64,000 nucleotides of DNA from Octopus vulgaris. Lineage: Eukaryota. Within the stretch, counting starts at the first letter, position 1. Each line of letters starts with the position of its first letter. The stretch spans positions 32,302,001 to 32,366,000 of the forward strand of contig OX597821.1 in assembly GCA_951406725.2 (NCBI GenBank). The letters run 5' to 3'. The notes beneath the pieces were generated by a model that saw nothing but the letters and a program-made list of their open reading frames with translations, was not told where the DNA came from and made no database searches. Of the stretch, positions 54,399 to 64,000 are shown in pieces. The position numbers and the translations under genes were made by a program.

Positions 54399-55237
54399 TT
54401 GCTAATAAGCTACCCACATTATTTATATATGCATGTAATATCATATAAATATATGTATATATATATAATATACTCTTCGTCATTGATATTTGCTTCATCG
54501 TCCAAATAATTGGATGATTTAGACGACAGTTTGCAGTGTTTTACCAAAATGAATAATTGCAAATGTCACTAAATGTGACTATGGTGTTAGGAAACACCTA
54601 CATTGCTAGAAATAAGGCTAAACCACTCTAATGCTGTAGTTATGTGTGCGTGTATGAGTGAGTGTTTCTATGTTTGTGTGTGTGTGAGTGTGCGTGTATA
54701 CACCAGTGCGTTTTTGCCGATTTTGCACTATAATAATATACGTTAGATTCATATTCAACATGAGTTTCAATTCAATATATTATCCCTATTATTTCAACAT
54801 TTAGAAGGGATAGCAGTTTTTTCAAAAAATACATACGAACAAACAACTGGCCTTATTCGCAAAAGTGTAATATAATTTCCATGCTCAATTCATTGGAAGA
54901 AAATTTGCAAAGAAAAAAGATCAAATACATTAACATACTGCAATATTGTACCAGTAATACTTGACTTTAGCATCTTGTTAGAAAAGCCACTCTACAGTGA
55001 ATACAAGAAACAGGAATTCTACAAGACACAGAAATTCTAAAACAATTATGCTCTCCCCATCCTCTCACCAAAGAAATCAATTTTAATGAACGTATGAATA
55101 TACGTCGATTCCACTCTAATGTTCATAATGTATCACGTGTTGTAGAACGCTTGGTACAAAATATAGATGTCTATGTGACAAACTTTAATTCACCTAATTT
55201 ACATAACAATATTTCGATTAAAAAGGAACTATATATA

Positions 55238-55807
<570 letters not shown>

Positions 55808-58329
55808 GTGTGTATATATGCATACATACAGTTGAATGTTGCAGTTACTATGTTACGAGGTGGATTTAAAACATGCACCCACTTGCGAGAGCTCCATGTA
55901 TGTGAAGATGTATGCGATCGCACGCGTGTGTTTGTGTGGGTTAGTGTGTGCGTGTTTTGTGTGTGAGTGTTTACGTATATTTATGTTCGCGGTTTGTGTA
56001 TACTTGTAATGTCTGCGCGTCTTTGCGTCATATGTGCTTGTGTGTCATGTTGTGTATGTGTGTATGTGTGTGTACGTGTGTGATCGTTTCCATGTAATTT
56101 TCTTCCTTCAAAACATATCTTCATCTATTTTTTTCAACAGTTCACATATTTGAATGTGTATAGACTGAGAATCACTTAATGGTGATGACGTTTGGAGTGT
56201 ATATATTGATGTGTTGTTTGATGAATGTATGTGTATTCATATATGTATATCTTTGCCTGTGTGCATATGTGCATGCGGGTGGGAAAATGAATCTCTATAT
56301 GTGTTTCCATGTAGGTATTATATGTGTATGTATACGTAATTACACATACACACGCATCTATACCATATATTCCTATGCGTGTGTGCGACTTGAATATGTC
56401 TGTATCAGTGTAAGTACCTCTCTTTGTACATTTATGAGTGTGTAAATGTGCCAAAAGTGACAGAGAAACAGAATCGGTAAGAGAGAAAGAGAGAGATGGA
56501 GAAAGAGAAAGAGAAAGAGAGGGAGGGAGAGAGTAAAAGAATTGGAGAGATATTGGAGAAATAGAATCAGAAAAGGGCGGTGATAGATGGATATCGGAAA
56601 ACTTTATTGCTCCTTTTAAAGACACATCAAAGTAGTTATAATAAAAGCCAAGCGGAGATTAAGACAGTCTTGAAAGAAAGAGCAAAAACCAATCAAATCT
56701 AACGCATCTTTTTCCAATTGTCCTGTAAGTAAGGTTCAATTAGTTTCTCGGAGCGCTTTCTTTGATTTTATCAGCTTGGTCTGACGTCTTCGTTAGAAGC
56801 CACAGAAAAAGATTTAGTCAAGCATAGAAAGAATAAAAGCTAGTTGTAATCTGTAAAATCATTATTTCTCCTGACTTATCAGAAAATGTAGTTAAGCTAG
56901 TTAGGAAAAGAGAAAGAAAAAAATTCTAACAACACAAATCTCATCACAAAGAAGAAAAAGTCTGATGACGGTTATGTTAGAAATTAATGGAAAGAAAAGT
57001 TGGGAACTTTCCTTTAACACATTCATTATAAGAAACCATTCTCCTCTCTTTGTTTATCTATCACTCTATCCATCCTATCCATCTATATATCTATCTATTT
57101 ATTTATCTATCAATCAATCTATCTATATGTCTAAGTATTTGATTCTTGTCTTTCGATATCTCTCATGAATGACACAGGGACACGACTTTTTTCTTTTTCT
57201 TTTTCCCCATATCAGATTTTATGCTTTCTTCAAATAATTCCAATGCTGAAAAAATAAGTTCGTCTTTAATGTATTAATTTGATACATGGTTGGTCTACCC
57301 TGGTATTTCATTACGTTCCAAATATGTTTTTACGAGCAAAAATGATTCTCATAAGAATAGTTTTAAATGTGTTAATTTTTTTTGTACTCTTACTTCGCAC
57401 CTATATTTTCAATCCATTTGTTTACTTTAATTTAGATTGTCATAGGTATTTTTCCTCGCATTGCCTGGTGTTTAGGGTATTGGCCTCGTAATCATAATTC
57501 AGTAGTTTCGATTCCTGAATCGGATAAGATGTCGTCTTCATTTTTACGTTGGTTCAGTGTACCCAGCTGCAAATAGTACCGTCTATGGTTTAATGCAACC
57601 TTCTCTTTCCCTCCAAGTTTCGCGTATCGTATATTTCTTTCGTCACGAGTTAAAGAACCGACTGACTGAATATATCTGCTCCATATTAAATAGGTACACA
57701 AGAACAATAGTGAAAGCATAATTCATGTTACCAAGTCATATACATTTGCGAGCGAAGACTTTTTTTTTTTTTCATTTCTTGATTTAATTAAAGAAGGCAT
57801 GTCAGCAACTCCATGACTGATGGCAGAAAGGGAGAGGGTTTTCTCAAACCAAAGACCAATACTGAATGCGTGCAAAAGAGTGGACTCTCCTAAGGAGACC
57901 TATAGTTCCAGCTGGTGATGTTAAATGGATGAGTGATTAAATCTATTTTCCAAGAAACTGAACTACTACTCGTCTTTTCCAGCAGGCCTTCGCACAATTT
58001 CGATCCTTGAATCAGGTTTATTTCGCAAGAATTTCGTAAAACTGAAACTATGGCAGGAGGACACCTGCTCAGTGGTATTGAACTTGAAACCACATGAACG
58101 TGAAGCACAACTCTTGGTTACACAAGTATGTCTAAGACCATTAGTCAATAATAGTATATTTCTCAATATATTTTCTTTAGAATCTTTTCATCGTTGTTCA
58201 CAATCAGAGACGCTGATTTTACCACTATCATTGTAACCCCACTTTACTGATCCTTGATTTAACTTTCTTTGACAAATTCTGTGAAAGTGGAAAATAATTT
58301 GTTGTCAATGGTCTCAAAGGTTCTTCTTC

Positions 58330-61301
58330 CATGATATTGAACAACAAAGTGCCAATCTTCATATTCTTACTGTCCCCAATATAGCATGATTTCCCCTCAT
58401 GTCAATTCCAGTTTCTCAAATTTCTAAAACATATTCCTCAAACCTGTTTGAAAATGCCCCTACAGCTGCTAGGATGAAAGATACTTTCCCTTTATTGCCC
58501 ACGTTCGTACAATCTCATCTCTCAGTGGCTTGGAATTCTCAGTCTTTTCCAGTTCGTTTTCTTCCACTCGTACCATGGTTTTCTTCATCTATCAACTACA
58601 ACAATGACTGGTTTCTAAGTATCAATCACATTACATTGAAAAATCCTACAAAATCTTATACTATAGGCGCATGAGTGGCTGTGTGGTAAGTAGCTTGTTT
58701 ACCAACCACATGGTTCCGGGTTCAGTCCCACTGCGTGGCACCTTGGGCAAGTGTCTTCTACTATAGCCTCGGGCCGACCAAAGCCTTGTGAGTGGATTTG
58801 GTAGACGGAAACTGAAAGAAGCCCGTCGTATATATGTATATATATGTGTGTGTGTGTGTATGTGTTTGTGTGTCTGTGTTTGTCCCCCACAACATCGCTT
58901 GACAACCGATGTTGGTGTGTTTATGTCCCCGTTACTTAGCGGTTCGGCAAAAGAGACCGATAGAATAAGTACTGGGCTTACAAAAGAATAAGTCCCGGGA
59001 TCGAGTTGCTCGATTAAAGGCGGTGCTCCAGCATGGCCGCAGTCAAATGACTGAAACACGTGAAAGAGTAAAAGAGTAATTATTTTCGATGAGGCCCTCT
59101 GGTTTACGCTCGTACCATTTCAGTTTCCTTTCAAGACCATACTTCTCACACAATCTCCGACGAACATACCTAGTTACGTTATCAGGCACCCTTTTGAGTA
59201 ACTTGTAAATGTATTCTGTTTGAGGAACGTGGTATAATTAAAAAAAAAAAAAAACGCTGGCGTCGTGACACATTTTCACTATTTTCCTCAGTATGGGATT
59301 AATGGATAAAAGAATTAATATATACAACTTGTAACTAGATTTCACTTTCCACTTTCATTCTTGTTTCTTAAATTCTTTGGTTGTCTCACATTTTCACTAG
59401 GTATCGTGTTGCAATTTCTAACAGCATCAACCAAAGTTTTAATCTGATGTTTGACGCAGCATACCACAATGTATTCTTCACTCATAACACAAATCTTGTA
59501 TTCTATAAGACCTCTCCCTCCCTTATATATATATATATACATACATGCTATCGACATCGCTTTTAGAGTGCACTTTCTTGTTCATTGTCTTCATTCTCCT
59601 GATTTTTTTTATATCTACTTCTTCAAGCACGTTCTCTGTGCATCTAACAACACCTGCACAATATACCATTAAGAAGATAGAGATTATTTTCATTGTTCTG
59701 ATCGTATTTTTTCCTCTTCATAATTAACTTGGTTCTCCTGAGATAGTCTTGCCTAAAGCATTTCTTTATCTCACTCTCCTTGATTTTATCGTACTACAAA
59801 GTACTCAGACACTAGTAACCACCCACCTCGACATCATTAATTTTCTCGCTGTTGACCACTTCTACACCATCAGATGACAATACTTTTCATTTTATGATAA
59901 ACTCACCACACTTATTAATCACAAATTCCACCCCGATATCATTACTAAATAGCTGCACTGTCGAAGCGAAACCATGAATTTTACGCTCACTCTTACCGAA
60001 AATCATTAAGTTATCCGTGTACAACACCTGATACGACTTTTCTCTACTTTTCAATGTGTACCCCGATGTCACTTTCTGTAACATAACTGTAAAGGGTATC
60101 ATATATATCAAAAGCAGCAATGGTGACAGACTCTCTCCCTGGAATATGCCTCTCCTGATGTTAATATTCGCCAAATATGCCCCCACTTGTTAACTCTGTA
60201 TTACAATTCTTCACCGATCTCCTGATAAAATTCAAATTATATATCAAACACCTGTACTAACTCAATACTTCCTAAACTCCAGGAACGGAGGGCCATGTCA
60301 TAAGCTTTCTTATAATCGATCCACGCCATACCCAGTGTATTATGTCTTTTCTTACAATCGTTTAGCACTATTCTGTCTATCAGAAGTTGATCTTTTGTCG
60401 CTCGGCTTTTCATATTATATCTTTTCCGTTCAACTGGCAGCTGGGCATCTGTTTCTAGAAGGATAAACGCACAATTAAATAATATTGCTGCAATCAACTT
60501 CCATATCAGAGGTCGGCAGGTGATTCACTACATTACTCTCACCAATATTTCCACTTTTACATTTTTGGTTCGTAGCCTACTTTCTTTCTTATGTAGATGA
60601 TACAAGCTTTAGTCAATCTATTCGTTCCACTTATGATATCCGTATTAATTTCTTTCCGTCCTTTATTTACATTCCGATTTCACCGACAGAGCATAATTCT
60701 ATCCAATTTCGTGACTCTATTTACGTGCACATCCAGACGTTTCTCAATGATACCAGTGTCTTTGATCATTCCTCTGTCCTCATCGCTCAGTCTTTCAACA
60801 TTCTCAAAAGTTGAGCCAGTATCATCCCCTTGAACATCTTCATTCTATGCAATCGCATCAACATTCTCTGGTATAACTTCATATTCACGCACCGTATTTT
60901 CAGTCGTCAACTTCTACTTAATCTCATAAAAATCTAATGTTGATAAGAATCTATTCATCCTTATCACCCTTGCCTGGTCGCGTAGTACATGTTCTGTGAT
61001 ACCCAAGACATCCGTCCCAATTTAAACGTCATACATTCTTTTTATATCCTATGTGCTTCCTTTCACCTTCAGCGTATCTTCTCAAAGAAGAGCATCCATA
61101 ATTGCTATATTCATACCTTTAGAATACCTTGTTGTGGGAGTTGTATAATGGTGACCGGACATGTACTGCTCACCACAGGCAACACTCTATCATCTGGACT
61201 CCTGTTCTCACGCCGTTGTATATATTAATTCTTTTAGCCATTAATCCCATACCGAGGAAAATAGTGACAATGTGTCACGACGCCAGTGTTTTTTTTTTTA
61301 A
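58330..61301 (-). mobile_element. R4/Dong-type LINE, near end-to-end but decayed, with SINE and inverted-copy insertions
   Basis: VLRDQARVIR N-terminal domain; TKDQLLID, AWIDYKKAYD, RRGIFQGESLSPLL, LYTDNL, DIGVEFVINKC; LCEKYGL..KWYERKPEGLIENN | SINE | YKIL.DF RLE. Confidence 0.9.
58665..59078 (+). mobile_element. SINE family A, full length, inserted in the Dong LINE
   Basis: Complete head to tail; interrupts the LINE between IENN and YKIL. Confidence 0.95.
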
Positions 61302-61479
61302 GGTGACAACATATCTAAAGGTGTTTGCGTTTAAAGACTCAAAGGAGCCCTTCTAAATTCAAAAGTTTAACGAGCTATCCTACGCCAATACTCTGATCTC
61401 TGCAGCTAGAAAAACATATAATTCATCATCATTATCATTATTTTTTTTAAAAAAACATTCGGTCGTTACAAGGTCCTTA

Positions 61480-61712
61480 GACCATTGAGAAAGTGAGAGG
61501 AACTAGAATAAAATGGACGCTTACATTAGTCTTAAAAGACTGGTGGTCATATTGAAGCAGAAAACAAGAATGTTGAAGGGAATTCCAAAGTTTGCAGGTG
61601 CGATGGAAGAAAGTGGTACTGTAAAGGGCTTTACGAGACGTAGGAGGTTGCAAAGTATACTGATGAGAACTGGATGCAAGTATAGTGGATTGCTGATAAA
61701 TTCTTAAAGGAG
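61480..61712 (-). mobile_element. CR1/Jockey-group LINE C-terminal fragment
   Basis: SHQYTL..YSTTFFHRTCKLWNSL..YDHQSFKTNV. Confidence 0.8.
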
Positions 61713-61825
61713 AGGGCTCCGACAATTATTGGTACTAGTACTACCTTTTTTCATCGACCAAAGCTGCTTAACGTCCCAAGATAACCTCTCATATCTCTCA
61801 ACTTTTCTTTCTTCCTCAACTTTTC

Positions 61826-61830
<5 letters not shown>
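61712..61830 (-). mobile_element. Short Dong RLE fragment next to (ATT)n (61829-61890)
   Basis: RKVERYERLSWDVKQLWSMKKVVLVPIIVGAL. Confidence 0.8.
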
Positions 61831-61891
<61 letters not shown>

Positions 61892-61949
61892 GGCAAAATG
61901 CGGCAACGAGGGTACAATGTGATCTTGATGAATCATGAAGCCTAAATTT

Positions 61950-62565
61950 TGCTCAATCAGAAACATATGTGTACGGCTTTTGAACAGCAATTGCTCGAAT
62001 GTTAGGAATGAATGGTGTACCTGTTAACAGACTAAACCTTAATGTCTGTCTCGACAGTATGGCGAGATTCTCCGCAGTGGATATGGAGTGTGATGCGAAA
62101 AAGCGAGAAAGAGCAACAGAAATATGGGAACCAATGGTTAGTTACATGGGTAAGGTGGGAATCTTGTCGGCTGGTATGGATGGTCTATCCTACAACCTGT
62201 ATTTTCATATGCCTGACTTGTTCGATGACCGCTTGGCTGATATCGATCGCAACAATGAAAATAAGAGAATTCTTAGTTCCTGTCTCAAGAATCAGCTACA
62301 CTGCTGAGAAAGGACCTGGACACATTGGTACCACATTGATAATTTTCGACCCCTAACGCTCCATGAGTCAGATTTCAAGATTTTGGCCATGGTTCAAATG
62401 AACTGGTTGGTGCTTGTCGCCGGTCATAAGATTCGTGATGCAGAAACATACGCTGTTCTGAACACATTGTGCAATGCATCATAGAGATGGGGCAATGAAG
62501 CAGGCCTGCGTGGTACCATGACAACTTAGATCGCTCAAATGCTTTCAATAGAATCGATGGCTAAT
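61950..62565 (+). mobile_element. L1/Tx1-clade ORF2 fragment (N-terminal RT), decayed
   Basis: SAGMDGLSYNLYFHMPDLF, IDNFRPLTLHESDFKILA, NLDRSNAFNRID. Confidence 0.8.
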
Positions 62566-63627
62566 ATTTGTTAACTATCTTTTCAGCAGAGGGTCTTTTC
62601 TCCGTCTCTTCAAAGTTCAGTGAAATTTTTATTTTACTCAACCAATACTACCTATTATGGTCGTCAAAGAGGACCCTTCTTACTCTTCAGTACAGAATGA
62701 ATCCGAAGCTTCTACTGCGCAAGTGTGTCACCATCGTTCTCATCAAGAAAAGGAAACGATTGATTTAACTACAAGGAATTTCAGGAAAATCTCGCTCAAA
62801 TCACACACAAATTTTGTAAATAAGTTATCTGCAAAACGTAAGATATCCACCCGACCATGATATATCTAGCACTAGACAACAGCAATAATCATCATCAACA
62901 TTACCATTCCAATCATTCTTTTACTCTTCCTCATCACATTTATTATCCTCATACACTTTTTTTTTACTCTGACATTCTCATTTAGTCCACATTTAAAATT
63001 CAAGCAAATATTTATCGGTCTAAAAGAAATCATGTTGAATTATAAAATAATTTTTTTTAACACTCACATCAAAGTAATTGATAATCTTATTTCGCGTTAA
63101 AAATAGATTTTGTTTTCTTTTTTGAAAACTGTTTCGTTTTTTTAATTCTTATTTTTATCTATTTCACGTTATTTTTTTTCCTTATACTTATTTGTGTTGT
63201 TTTGGCTTTGAATTTCTGTTCTTATTTATTTTAGCACTCGTGATCAATACCTGATAATTGGGATACTTTGAAACTGATGACTTTTTAGTATGATGTCGTT
63301 ATTTTAATCATAAAATTCAATTGAAACCACCTAGTAACATGTGTTCGCTTTAGAGATAATGCCAAATAATGCTTTCTGTTTGATAAAATATAACGACTAC
63401 CGAGGCAACGAAAGAAGAATTACTATACGGTCGGTGACTCTGCGAGAAGTAGCAGCTAAATCTACCTCACATCATAAACTGCAAATTTTAAAATAAAGAA
63501 AGGACAATCTAATTAAATATGATGTTCCTAGATACAGAAAGTCAGAGGTATAACAGACATTATATTTAGAACCCTATTATATAATACACACAAAAAATAA
63601 TACAGTACGATGATACTGTAAAGTTGA

Positions 63628-64000
63628 ATGGCGGCGAGTTGGCAGAAACGTTAGCACGCCGGGCGAAATGCGTAGCCGTATTTCGTCTGCCGTTACGTTG
63701 TGAGTTCAAATTCCGCCGAGGTCGACTTTGCCTTTCATCCTTTCGGGGTCGATTAAATAAGTACCAGCTACGCACTGGGGTCGATATAATCGACTTAATC
63801 TGTTTGTCTGCCTTTGTTTGTCCTCTCTGTGTTTAGCCCCTTGTGGGTAGTAAAGAAATCAGTATTTCGTCTACGGTTACGTTCTGAGTTCTAATTCCGT
63901 CGAGGTCGACTTTGCTTTTCATTATTTCGAGACCAATTAAATAAATGCCCGTTAAGCACTGTGGTCGATGTAATCGACTTAATCCATTTGTCTGTCCTTC
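63628..64000 (+). mobile_element. SINE family B: head plus two tandem bodies (runs off the window)
   Basis: The second body restarts at gtatttcgtct (about 63862) after the first tail. Confidence 0.92.

Noticed and set aside
57492-57719. 75-aa minus ORF upstream of the candidate exon
   Set aside because: No good donor and no recognisable homology.

Overview
AT-rich, microsatellite-dense eukaryotic DNA. The tRNA-derived SINE families closely resemble those of Octopus (coleoid cephalopod); this assignment is an inference from repeat sequences. No rRNA, true tRNA gene, CRISPR array or long intact ORF was found, and most ORF-track entries are microsatellite artefacts. The window is mainly a repeat graveyard: decayed R4/Dong-type (RLE) LINEs, RTE, L1/Tx1 and CR1/Jockey fragments, several SINE families, DD37D (maT) and mariner DNA transposons, an 8-bp-TSD MITE carrying TTAGGG repeats, a canonical non-autonomous Helitron, and Penelope-like foldbacks with degenerate hammerhead cores. 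Short minus-strand exon candidates with good splice sites and compatible phases (52859-52929, 16599/16612-16720, plus weaker cassettes) suggest the window lies inside very large introns of an unidentified gene. The most unusual structures are a SINE whose tail repeatedly re-enters one internal position (concatemers), a structured element inserted in (TAA)n, an inverted self-copy inside a Dong LINE, and a LINE derivative nested in mariner TIRs. Coordinates of decayed elements are approximate.
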